In this document: positions 9,073 to 16,962 of the stretch, in pieces
How the letters are laid out: each line of letters begins with the position of its first letter
Position numbering within the stretch: position 1 is the first letter of the stretch
Source of the DNA: a virus
Taxonomy: Duplodnaviria > Caudoviricetes
DNA: 26,200 nt
IMG/VR virus record: IMGVR_UViG_3300045978_000235
Span: 1-26,200 of that record
Reading direction: 5' to 3' (one strand)
The notes under the pieces: model-generated
What the model was told of the DNA's origin: nothing
What the model saw: only the letters and a program-made list of their open reading frames with translations
Database searches by the model: none
Position numbers and translations under genes: made by a program

Positions 9073-11489
9073 TGGCGATCAGCGGCAGCGACAAGGCCTT
9101 GATGTACGCGCTCGGGGGCGTCATGCGCGGAGGCGCGTCACGGGGCGGGTATATCAACGGGTGTGTGTTCATCAATCTTAACGGGTTGCATGTCGGATGG
9201 GGGGCGTCGGACAACCGCTACCGGGTGCTTCTGGACTCGCTGACCATCACCGATGAACTGGACGAGGTCGCGAACCGCTGCACGTTCCGCGTGAAGGCGC
9301 CCATCGGCGGGACGCCCTTCACGACCGGCCGCGAAGTGATCATCACGCAAGGGTCGAAGAACAATCTGCAACGCCTGTTTGCCGGGTTTACGGTCGACGT
9401 CCGGCAATTCTATTTCGCGGACAATCCCGCGTTTCCGGGCGCCGAGCTCTCGGCGGTCGACTACACGTGGCAACTCAATTTCTCCAAGGTCACGAAACAG
9501 TACGTGAACAGTTCCGCGACGACGATCGCGAAAAACCTGATCGCGACCTACGCCGCCTCGAGCGGGTTCACGACCAACAACGTGGAGGATGACCTCCCAG
9601 TCCTCGATGAAATCACGTACACCGAAGAAGACCTCGGCACCGCTCTCACGCGCCTGGCCCGGCGCATCGGCGCGTACTGGTACGTCGACTATCTCCGCGA
9701 CATTCACCTGTTTTTTTCGGAAGTCCTGAACGGGTCGCCGGTCGACCTGACGCCCACGCATAAGAGCTTGGCGCATCTCACTTCGCAGCTCGATCATTCC
9801 CAATGCCTGACGCGCGTCTCCGTGGAAGGGCGGGGCAGTCGCCTCCTCAGCAACGTGCTGAAAGGCGACACGATGATCCCGCTCGAAGCGGTCGATATGT
9901 TCAAGGTTGCGCCGGATGTGTTCGTCAAGGCCGCGTTTCAAGGGAGCGTCGGCGGCGCGCAATATCTCAACTTCTCAGGCGTCGTGACCGGCGGGACCGG
10001 GACGCTTGTGGGTCCTGGCGTCACGCCGGCCAGTGCGCCGACGGTCGAACTGACGGCCGGGACCGGCATTGAGGCCGGCCGGCACGACTACGCCTACACC
10101 TGGGTCACAGCATCCGGCGAAACCAAACCATCCGCGATCGGGACCGTCACACATGGCGGGCCGATCACGACGCCAACGGTTGCGACGACCGCTCGAAATA
10201 ATCCTGATTCGACGCGAGCGGTCAACGAACTGCTCCCGGGCGCCTGGAAACCGGGTGATACCGTCGACTGGGCCTATACGTGGTCCCCGGAAGCGAACCC
10301 GGCCAGTAGCACACCGCTCAGCCCGATCGTGTCGCTCGTGGCTGTCGTCGCGAGTACGTACTGGAATTCGCCGGGACAATCGGCCCGGACGATGCTCGTC
10401 AAGGTGCAGTACACGGCTGACGCCAGAGCGAAAGAAGTCTATCTCTGGCACCGCGTGAACGGCGGCTCGTGGCGCTGCTGGAATTTTGGAGAACCCGTCG
10501 GCGGAGGCTATGACAACTACCCGAACCTCCCGCCTCCATTCGAGGCCGAGATGGCGTCACCGGAGTATTCCGACGTGATGACGCCGCCGGCGACCGGGAC
10601 CGCGTATCAACGCACGAATCTCAGCGGCATCGCTGTTGGTCCGACCGGGACCACTCAACGGAAGGTGTATCGCACGGCCGCGAATCTCTCACAACTGAAA
10701 CTCCTGCAAACGATCGCCAACAATACGGCGACGACCGCGACCGACAGCGCCGCGGATGCGACACTCGGCGCCAATGCGCCGACGGGCGACACGTCCACGC
10801 TGCCGCAACCGACCGGCCAGGCGAACCCCGGCGATAGCGAAATCCGCGTGGCGTCGACGGCGCCATTCAATGCGGCCGGCGGCTGGGCCATCATCGGCAA
10901 CGGCGAACAGGTGATTCGGTATACGGCGGTCGAAGTCCTGGGCACCCTCGCCGGCATTCCCCAAACAGGCATCGGCGCGATTACCGCAGCCGTGAACTAC
11001 GGAACCACGATTTCAGCGGCCCCGATGCTCACCGGCATCCCCTCAACCGGCGCGCGAGGTATTACGACACGCGAGCTCACGGCCGGCGATGAAATGTATG
11101 TCGTCGTCCAATCGGACGACACCGCGCGACAAGCAACCCTGGCCGCGGAAATGAAAACCGGCCCCGGCATCCGTGAAGAATGGGTGCAGGATCGGCGCCT
11201 GTCGATTCCTGAAGCGCGAGCTCGCGGGAAGGCGACGTTGGCCGCTCGGCCGCTCAATCAACAGACGATCGCGTATACCTGCCGCGACCTGCGAACCGCC
11301 GCGGGGAAAACGATTACGGTGAACCTGCCTGGGACGCCCACCAACCTGACCGGCACGTTCAAGATCCAAACGGTGACGATCGACAACTTCCGGCCGTACC
11401 CGAATCAGTTGCCGACCTTCACCGTGCAGGCGTCGAGCGCGCGGTTCAGCTTTGAAGATTTGCTCAGGGTCATGCGCCACAAGGAATAG
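9072..11489 (+). CDS. Tail tip/hub protein with inserted beta-sandwich domains
   Basis: Follows the tape measure. Hub-like motifs (LTITDELDE, LFAGF, WYVDYLRDIHLF) and a Thr/Gly-rich beta region with two YTW-containing modules. Confidence 0.7.
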   Translation: MAISGSDKALMYALGGVMRGGASRGGYINGCVFINLNGLHVGWGASDNRYRVLLDSLTITDELDEVANRCTFRVKAPIGGTPFTTGREVIITQGSKNNLQRLFAGFTVDVRQFYFADNPAFPGAELSAVDYTWQLNFSKVTKQYVNSSATTIAKNLIATYAASSGFTTNNVEDDLPVLDEITYTEEDLGTALTRLARRIGAYWYVDYLRDIHLFFSEVLNGSPVDLTPTHKSLAHLTSQLDHSQCLTRVSVEGRGSRLLSNVLKGDTMIPLEAVDMFKVAPDVFVKAAFQGSVGGAQYLNFSGVVTGGTGTLVGPGVTPASAPTVELTAGTGIEAGRHDYAYTWVTASGETKPSAIGTVTHGGPITTPTVATTARNNPDSTRAVNELLPGAWKPGDTVDWAYTWSPEANPASSTPLSPIVSLVAVVASTYWNSPGQSARTMLVKVQYTADARAKEVYLWHRVNGGSWRCWNFGEPVGGGYDNYPNLPPPFEAEMASPEYSDVMTPPATGTAYQRTNLSGIAVGPTGTTQRKVYRTAANLSQLKLLQTIANNTATTATDSAADATLGANAPTGDTSTLPQPTGQANPGDSEIRVASTAPFNAAGGWAIIGNGEQVIRYTAVEVLGTLAGIPQTGIGAITAAVNYGTTISAAPMLTGIPSTGARGITTRELTAGDEMYVVVQSDDTARQATLAAEMKTGPGIREEWVQDRRLSIPEARARGKATLAARPLNQQTIAYTCRDLRTAAGKTITVNLPGTPTNLTGTFKIQTVTIDNFRPYPNQLPTFTVQASSARFSFEDLLRVMRHKE

Positions 11490-11495
11490 ACGCCG

Positions 11496-12020
11496 ATGCC
11501 GATCACGCGCACGCCGATTATTGATGACTCAGGGTCAGGTACTGATGGGACCGTCATTAATAATGCGTGGAAGCAAGAATTTTATAACCAGATCGATGCG
11601 GTCCTCGTCGCGCAAACGGGGCCGCCGTGGGCTGACATTGCGTACAGCGCGGCAAACTTCAGCGCGACCGGAGGCGGGACGTGGACCGTCGCGGCCGGCA
11701 ATCAAACAACCTTTATCGCGGCCTTTGATGCCGCGCACAAGATCGTCACCGTGCAAGGGAATTTTGGGAATACATCGGTCGCCGGAACCGTCACGGCCCT
11801 TCGCGTGACGTTGCCGACGTCCATTGGCGGGCAAGCGGTCGGGCTGCCGGTGCGAGCGACTATTACGCCGCTGCTCTATCATTCGGGGACGACCAAGTTC
11901 GGCCTTGCCGCGTGTGACGTTTCTGGTCCGACAGCGCGCTTGCTGGTCGATTTCGCCGGCAGCGCCTTCGCGACCGGGACCACGCATGTTTTTTTCAATC
12001 TCGTCTATCCCGTCGCCTAA
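11496..12020 (+). CDS. Putative tail fibre/receptor-binding protein
   Basis: N-terminal DDSGSGTDGTVINNAW anchor-like segment, beta-rich C-terminus, located at end of the tail module. Confidence 0.6.
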   Translation: MPITRTPIIDDSGSGTDGTVINNAWKQEFYNQIDAVLVAQTGPPWADIAYSAANFSATGGGTWTVAAGNQTTFIAAFDAAHKIVTVQGNFGNTSVAGTVTALRVTLPTSIGGQAVGLPVRATITPLLYHSGTTKFGLAACDVSGPTARLLVDFAGSAFATGTTHVFFNLVYPVA

Positions 12021-12035
12021 CGAAAGGATCACCCT

Positions 12036-12329
12036 ATGAGCGTTGGTCTCGCGGTCACAAAAGGCGAAATAGACGCACGCGCCGGCGACATCTCGCGCGC
12101 CTTCCAACAAGGGTTTGAAAATGTCGGCACGCTGCAAAGTTACCTGGTGCAAACGCAAGAAGCAGACCTGGTGGCGCTCGGGTACACGAATCAAGAAGTG
12201 GCGATTCTCAAGAGCGCCTTTGCGGACCTGACGCAGCTCGCGAAAATCTGGGCCGGCACCGAAGCCCTGGCGGCGCCCAAAGACTTCAGGACATTCGTGC
12301 GCCAGCTGTGGGGAGTCGGAGCCTTTTGA
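12036..12329 (+). CDS. Hypothetical protein (97 aa)
   Basis: RBS AAAGGA and clean ORF in the late operon. Confidence 0.7.
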   Translation: MSVGLAVTKGEIDARAGDISRAFQQGFENVGTLQSYLVQTQEADLVALGYTNQEVAILKSAFADLTQLAKIWAGTEALAAPKDFRTFVRQLWGVGAF

Positions 12330-12511
12330 TCGGCGTGGTCCTGTTGACCCTGACGAGCTGCGGCACGCTGGATGCCTGGCGCCGGCGCCCACCGGTTCGC
12401 TGCCCCGATGGACTGCCGCCGATGATTTTCCAGGATCAAGCCTGCCCGCCGAACGGGTATTGCGGCTACACCTGTCAACCCTCACGCTGGACGAAAGGAG
12501 CGGAGCCCTGA
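12308..12511 (+). CDS. Small lipoprotein (possible o-spanin-like)
   Basis: Hydrophobic signal LLIGVVLLTLTS-C (lipobox LTSC) followed by a Pro/Cys-rich mature part. Confidence 0.55.
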   Translation: MGSRSLLIGVVLLTLTSCGTLDAWRRRPPVRCPDGLPPMIFQDQACPPNGYCGYTCQPSRWTKGAEP

Positions 12512-13170
12512 TGGCCAATGAGCTGTACCGATTTACCGATCCTGGCGATGCCAGCATCAGCATTGAGTTTGATTCCGGCGAAGTCATCGACGGGGTGCCG
12601 ACCATCGTCCAGACTGACCAGGGACCGCGCGACGGCTTCGTGCTGGCGGTGCCTCTGGGTCTGACCGGAGGCGTGGTGCTCACGGTGGAGCGTGAGGGGT
12701 ACGTCACCTTTTCCAACCGCGCCATCTTCTGGCCGAACCCGGACGGTCCTGCTGGCCTGGACATCGATGACATCCGGCTGGTAGAGCTCCCAGAACCTGA
12801 GCAGCCACCCCAGCCGGCGCCTGGACCGCCGAGCAACAAGCCGCTCGACATCATCAACTGGGTGTATGCCGGGGGCACTGGGCAGACGTTCAACCTCTAC
12901 ATGAAACAGGGGTGCGGCGAGTTTACGGAAGCCTGCTGCCGGGAGCTGCACCAGCGGAACAATGCCCACTTCGGCCATATCAAGAAACGGCCAGAGCAGA
13001 ACCAGTGGAACGGCCACGCGGTCGACGCCATCAGTTGCCTAAGTGGGGAAGAATACGGGGTTTGGGACATCATCTACTCGAGCGAGAGCAGCCAGGCCAA
13101 GCCGGTCTATAACCACGCAGGCGATCCTGTCCCGGAGGAGTGGTATTACGTGGAGCCCAATGGCGTCTGA
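12511..13170 (+). CDS. Two-domain protein, candidate Cys-His-Asp cell-wall hydrolase/endolysin
   Basis: Start reassigned to ATG 12511 (RBS AAAGGAG, TGA/ATG overlap). Ig-like N-domain, Pro-rich linker, C-domain with GCGEFTE..GHAVDAI..WDII. Last late gene. Function is inferred. Confidence 0.45.
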   Translation: MANELYRFTDPGDASISIEFDSGEVIDGVPTIVQTDQGPRDGFVLAVPLGLTGGVVLTVEREGYVTFSNRAIFWPNPDGPAGLDIDDIRLVELPEPEQPPQPAPGPPSNKPLDIINWVYAGGTGQTFNLYMKQGCGEFTEACCRELHQRNNAHFGHIKKRPEQNQWNGHAVDAISCLSGEEYGVWDIIYSSESSQAKPVYNHAGDPVPEEWYYVEPNGV

Positions 13171-13195
13171 AATGACGGCCTTGTTCAGCCCTGAA

Positions 13196-13216
13196 CATTG
13201 TCGGTAGATTGTCGGT
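13196..13216 (+). repeat. attP arm-type repeat, left copy (CATTGTCGGTAGATTGTCGGT)
   Basis: Identical 21-mer at 13438-13458; each copy contains two ATTGTCGGT units. Confidence 0.8.
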
Positions 13217-13343
13217 ACAAAATGGCGAAAGGTGCCTCAAACCGACGTTTGGCGACGTTTGGACCCTCCTCGGCTCGAGGAGGGCAAATGGCCTGAAATC
13301 GCCTGAATCGTTAGGGATTCTACGAATTCCGAAGGATTGTGGG

Positions 13344-13391
13344 TGGTGGACGGCGGGGGGATCGAACCCCCGACCTCGGCATTGCGAACGC
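13344..13391 (-). other. attP core: 3' half of tRNA-Ala (anticodon CGC)
   Basis: Reverse complement reads GCG-TTCGCAA-TGCCG-AGGTC-GGGGG-TTCGATC-CCCCC-GCCGTCC-A-CCA: anticodon loop, T-arm, U70, discriminator A and CCA. The 5' half is absent. Lies downstream of the integrase. Confidence 0.9.
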
Positions 13392-13429
13392 TGAGGTATT
13401 TTCAGAATTCCTCAACAAATTCGCAATTT

Positions 13430-13458
13430 CCGACAATCATTGTCGGTAGATTGTCGGT
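13430..13458 (+). repeat. attP arm-type repeat, right copy, plus an inverted unit CCGACAAT
   Basis: CCGACAAT (13430-13437, inverse of ATTGTCGG) directly followed by the 21-mer at 13438-13458. Confidence 0.8.
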
Positions 13459-13462
13459 GGAT

Positions 13463-13696
13463 TTAGCGAAGCTCATCGAGCTGCTCTAGGAGCTCTCGGA
13501 TCTGCTGACCCTGTTCTCGCAGTTGCTGTCCCTGTTCGAGAATCAATCGCTTCAGCTCGGCATCGTTTTCCTCGAGCGTGCGCAGCAACGTATTGAATAC
13601 CTGCACACTCTGGTCAATGGCGCGCAGCTGGTCTTGGATCGCGTGACCGAATTGGTCGCGGTACGCATCGAGATTCATTCCTGACCTTCCCTTCAC
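13463..13696 (-). CDS. Small coiled-coil hypothetical protein
   Basis: Heptad-like Q/L/E-rich sequence; overlaps the stop of the upstream gene; true start may be the downstream ATG (MNLDAY). Confidence 0.65.
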   Translation of the reverse strand: MKGRSGMNLDAYRDQFGHAIQDQLRAIDQSVQVFNTLLRTLEENDAELKRLILEQGQQLREQGQQIRELLEQLDELR

Positions 13697-13950
13697 TCAA
13701 CTGGGGATCGTCGTTCCTGGGGCATCCTGGCGCGTTCTACGGCCATCACAGGTTCTGGTACGACATAGCACCGTTGGGATTTGTCGTACTGGATCGAGGG
13801 CATCTTGCTGCGTTGAAACAGCAGCAGGTCCTTTGAGGCCTGAGCCGTCGAGATACCAAACTTGCGGCGCAGATGGTCCCGGTTGATGAACTGGTAGACC
13901 TGCAGCATCTCCGCAATCCACCGTTGGCGTTCTGCTTCGAACCAGCGCAT
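13693..13950 (-). CDS. Stand-alone winged-HTH protein resembling the N-terminal domain of CapW/BrxR-type WYL regulators
   Basis: INRDHLRRKFGISTAQASKDL..F and IQYDKSQRCYV match the pattern I recall for that domain; no WYL domain follows. Confidence 0.65.
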   Translation of the reverse strand: MRWFEAERQRWIAEMLQVYQFINRDHLRRKFGISTAQASKDLLLFQRSKMPSIQYDKSQRCYVVPEPVMAVERARMPQERRSPVE

Positions 13951-13954
13951 AGGT

Positions 13955-15052
13955 CTACCTGGCGACCTTCCGACCTTTGCCGGCCTTCCAGCCGACGGCT
14001 GCCAGCAGGTCCTTCTGCCTGACCTCGGTGTAAACCTTCAGCAGGACATCCGGTGTTTTCCAGTTGCCCAGATCCTGCACCACGGCCACCGGCACCTGGC
14101 GATCCAGCAGCAGCCGCGTGGCGCCGGTTTTCCTGGTGGCCGAGTGGAACACGATCCCACCCTCGAGCTGCCCGTACGGCACCTTCGCATCCGCGCACAG
14201 TTGCATCAGACGCTTACGGACAGCGCTCGGCCAGTCGCGTGGATTCATCGCGCGGCGGAATTTCTCGAAGTAGTACGGCGCGTCATGCCCGATGCGGTCC
14301 AGGGCAACAGCCGCGCGCGGCGAGAGCGGCACGCTGTGCGGCTCGCCATTCTTCGGATCCTTGATCCACAGCCACCGGCCATCACGGTCGGTGCGCTGCA
14401 GGTCCAGCAGGTCATTCAAGCGCACCAGCGTATCGATGCCCAGGATAAGCACCGCACGCTCCTGTGGATCGGTGGTGACCTTCAGCAGGCGCGACTCCTC
14501 ATCCGGCGTGAGCACACGCCGACGCAGCGGTACCGTCTTGAGCCGTTTCATGCCGGCCAGGGGATTGTTCTCGAGATAGCGCGGCACGGCATCGCGGAGC
14601 ATCGCCTTCAAAAAATCAACCTCACGATTGACCGTGGCATGCGACACGAACCGCTCGGTGCGCGGGATGCGTTGCTTGCGCCGGAAACTCCAGTACTGCC
14701 GTACGCGCGCCTGGTCAATCGTGGTCAGCCGATCATCAGCAAAGAACGTCAGCAGGCGCTGAACCAGGTCCCGTTCCCGGATGGCACCCTTGTGCGCGCT
14801 GATCGCATCCTCATATTCGACAGCGTACGCACTGAAGCGGATGGCTGGCCGCTCGAGGGCGATCTGATGGACCTGTTTGCCGCACTCGACCATGCGCCTG
14901 TGATAGAGCAGCTCGGCGAGTCGCTTGGAATCGTGGCGCTGCGACACCGTCGTGCCGATCAGGATTTTTGTGGATTCCTGCTGCGACCCTTTTCTGGCTG
15001 TGCCCAGCCACAGTTGCCAGTATGGCGATCCCTTTCGTTGAAACACTCCCAC
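13955..15052 (-). CDS. int: Tyrosine integrase
   Basis: N-terminal arm-binding segment, ATVNREVDFLKAML, catalytic R (TLVRLNDL), K (DPKNG), H..R (FHSATRKT), LGNW and Y (LKVY); close to the tRNA-derived attP. Confidence 0.95.
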   Translation of the reverse strand: MGVFQRKGSPYWQLWLGTARKGSQQESTKILIGTTVSQRHDSKRLAELLYHRRMVECGKQVHQIALERPAIRFSAYAVEYEDAISAHKGAIRERDLVQRLLTFFADDRLTTIDQARVRQYWSFRRKQRIPRTERFVSHATVNREVDFLKAMLRDAVPRYLENNPLAGMKRLKTVPLRRRVLTPDEESRLLKVTTDPQERAVLILGIDTLVRLNDLLDLQRTDRDGRWLWIKDPKNGEPHSVPLSPRAAVALDRIGHDAPYYFEKFRRAMNPRDWPSAVRKRLMQLCADAKVPYGQLEGGIVFHSATRKTGATRLLLDRQVPVAVVQDLGNWKTPDVLLKVYTEVRQKDLLAAVGWKAGKGRKVAR

Positions 15053-15204
15053 GTCAACTCATCCTTTCCCTGTCAGACATCCTCTTACAGACGTCATTAT
15101 TCGTTTGCATAGAAGTTACGTCGCGTCTAGGCTCTCTTTCTTTGCCGTCGTTCCGTAGTTGTCGCAAGCGGATAAAGGAGGCGTCGGCGTCATGGCTCAC
15201 CTGC

Positions 15205-15669
15205 CTAACCTCGCGCACGTTTGTTCCTGCCTGAGTCGTTTGGACCTCGCGTTCTATTCTCCAATCGCGTACCTGATTGTGCGGTGCGCGCGGCTTTCGC
15301 AGCCTTCTCGACCTTCCACACCTGCCGCAAAAACTGGATCGCGGCACGCTCGCCACCTGGCGAGAGCTCGCCGAGCATCCGCAAAAACCGGCCCTGCTTC
15401 CGCGTAAGCCCCGGCGCCGGCGGATAGAACATCTCGTGGGCGATCCGCAGGAGATCGTCAATCGTGGCGTGCATCCGCCCATTGAGGTACTGATTCAGCC
15501 AGCCCTGGCTGCGACCGATGCGGCCGGCCAGGGCCAGTTGATTGATGCGGTCCTGCTGCTTCTCGAGCAGGTACTGGAGATACGCGCGGAAGGCGCGATC
15601 TATGGGGTACTGCTGATTCATGCCCGGATCGTAACTGCTCCGTCGGCGTCGTGGGCGGTGTTTATTCAC
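15205..15669 (-). CDS. CI-like HTH repressor
   Basis: HTH INQLALAGRIGRSQGWLNQYLNGR; divergent from a Cro-like gene. Start is GTG 15669 or ATG 15621. No S24 peptidase domain is evident. Confidence 0.75.
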   Translation of the reverse strand: MNKHRPRRRRSSYDPGMNQQYPIDRAFRAYLQYLLEKQQDRINQLALAGRIGRSQGWLNQYLNGRMHATIDDLLRIAHEMFYPPAPGLTRKQGRFLRMLGELSPGGERAAIQFLRQVWKVEKAAKAARTAQSGTRLENRTRGPNDSGRNKRARG

Positions 15670-15675
15670 CAGAAT

Positions 15676-15704
15676 ATTTTATGCGAGACTTGACGTACGC
15701 GCAA
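15676..15704 (-). promoter_or_regulatory. Sigma70-type promoter for the repressor (TTGCGC-N17-TAAAAT)
   Basis: -35 at 15704-15699 and -10 at 15681-15676 on the minus strand; predicted start site falls at about GTG 15669. Confidence 0.6.
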
Positions 15705-15718
15705 CGGGAATATAAAAG
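15690..15718 (+). promoter_or_regulatory. Sigma70-type early promoter (TTGACG-N17-TAAAAG)
   Basis: -35 at 15690-15695 and -10 at 15713-15718; predicted start site falls at about ATG 15724. Confidence 0.55.
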
Positions 15719-15723
15719 AGGCC

Positions 15724-16023
15724 ATGCCCAAGAGGCCTCCAGACCCTAAGCTCATCTATACGATTCGCGTCCTTCGCGCCGCCTGTGGCTTGACCCAAAA
15801 GTCCTTGGCCGACAAGGCCGGCATGACCCAGACCCGCATCAGCCACATCGAACACGGCACGGTCGTCGCTCGGCGCACCGAGCGGCTGTGCATCGCCAAG
15901 GCGCTGGACGTGGCGCCGGAATCCATCGTCTGGCCGAAAGTCAAACTGACCGACCGGCAGCGCCTGCGCGAAGCCGCGCGCGAACGACGCCAGCAGGCCA
16001 GGATCGAGGCGCTCAGCTCATGA
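15724..16023 (+). CDS. Cro-like XRE-family HTH regulator
   Basis: IRVLRAACGLTQKSLADKAGMTQTRISHIEHG..IAKALDV. Confidence 0.9.
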   Translation: MPKRPPDPKLIYTIRVLRAACGLTQKSLADKAGMTQTRISHIEHGTVVARRTERLCIAKALDVAPESIVWPKVKLTDRQRLREAARERRQQARIEALSS

Positions 16024-16229
16024 CCAGCCCGTACCTCACCGCACGCGAGACCCTGGCGTACCTGAAGCTCGGTTCGCTCTCAGGCCTCTATCGGCTGGTG
16101 CGGGAGCATGACCTGCCGCACCTTCGGCGTGGCCGGCTGCTGCTGTTCGATGTGCGCGAGCTGGATGCCTGGCTGCATGGGCACGGCTCGAGCGTGGAGT
16201 GGGCGCGCGCGAAACGGCGCTCGGCGTGA
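16020..16229 (+). CDS. Excisionase-like HTH protein (69 aa)
   Basis: Start reassigned to ATG 16020 (ATGA overlap). YLTARETLAYLKL..LYRLVRE..LP..RRGRLLLFDVRELDAWL. Confidence 0.85.
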   Translation: MTSPYLTARETLAYLKLGSLSGLYRLVREHDLPHLRRGRLLLFDVRELDAWLHGHGSSVEWARAKRRSA

Positions 16230-16235
16230 AAGTCA

Positions 16236-16298
16236 GAGCGGTTCCAGGCAGTGATCCGGGAACCGCTCATCGAACGTCTGTGACGGATCAGGTCACAG
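16236..16298 (+). promoter_or_regulatory. Two inverted repeats in the leader of the RAMP-like gene
   Basis: GAGCGGTTCC/GGAACCGCTC (16236-16245/16259-16268) and CTGTGAC/GTCACAG (16278-16284/16292-16298). Confidence 0.55.
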
Positions 16299-16322
16299 CC
16301 TTAACCGGAAGGAGTGTTCAGT

Positions 16323-16961
16323 ATGGCACCAAGCGTGGCACGAAGCGAACCCATTGCGATTGGACCCGCGCCCACCAATGGCGGTAAAGCCGCGATTGAA
16401 TACGCGATTCCCTATGTCGCGGATGTCACCATCCAAGGCACGGCTGATCTCCTGTTCCATCGGTGGAACGTCGAAGGCGTCGAAACCAAAGCCCGCGCCG
16501 CGAAAGGATCCAAGGCCAAAAAATCCGACGACCTTGAAAGCTATGTCTACCGCAATCCAGCCGGCGAGCTCGCCGTGCCAGGTGAGTACCTGCGTCAAGC
16601 GGTGATTCATGCCGCGAAGTTTCGACAGGACCCACGCTCTCCGCGCAAGAGTGCGATGGATCTCTTTAAGGCCGGTGTCGTGTGTCTGACTCCGCTCGCG
16701 TCGCTGGGTGTACGTGATTGGGATTATGAGGATCGGCGTCGCGTGATGATTCAACGCAATGGCGTCACGCGCGTGCGTCCCGCCTTGCGCGCCGGTTGGT
16801 CTGTGGTCGTGCAGCTCATGGTGAATCTGCCTGAATACATCCCGCCTGATGCCTTGCAGGACGTGATCATGAATGCAGGCCGATTGATCGGGCTGGCAGA
16901 TTTTCGACCGACGTATGGTCGCTTCACGATTCAGCATTTCGAGATCGTATTGCCCGAATAA
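16323..16961 (+). CDS. Stand-alone RAMP/Cas7-like protein (212 aa), candidate VIPR-type effector
   Basis: RBS AAGGAG 8 nt before ATG 16323. First strand VTIQGTADLLFH, RAMP-like LAVPGEYLRQAVIHAA, thumb-like RVMIQRNGVTRVRP, C-terminal Gly-rich loop AGRLIGLADFRPTYGRF. No other cas genes in the window. Confidence 0.7.
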   Translation: MAPSVARSEPIAIGPAPTNGGKAAIEYAIPYVADVTIQGTADLLFHRWNVEGVETKARAAKGSKAKKSDDLESYVYRNPAGELAVPGEYLRQAVIHAAKFRQDPRSPRKSAMDLFKAGVVCLTPLASLGVRDWDYEDRRRVMIQRNGVTRVRPALRAGWSVVVQLMVNLPEYIPPDALQDVIMNAGRLIGLADFRPTYGRFTIQHFEIVLPE

Positions 16962-16962
16962 A

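Noticed and set aside
11535-12893. 452-aa minus-strand ORF
   Set aside because: Antisense shadow of four + strand late genes in GC-rich DNA; no motifs.
13344-13391. Functional tRNA-Ala gene
   Set aside because: Only the anticodon loop to CCA is present; the D-arm and 5' acceptor strand are missing. It is an att core.
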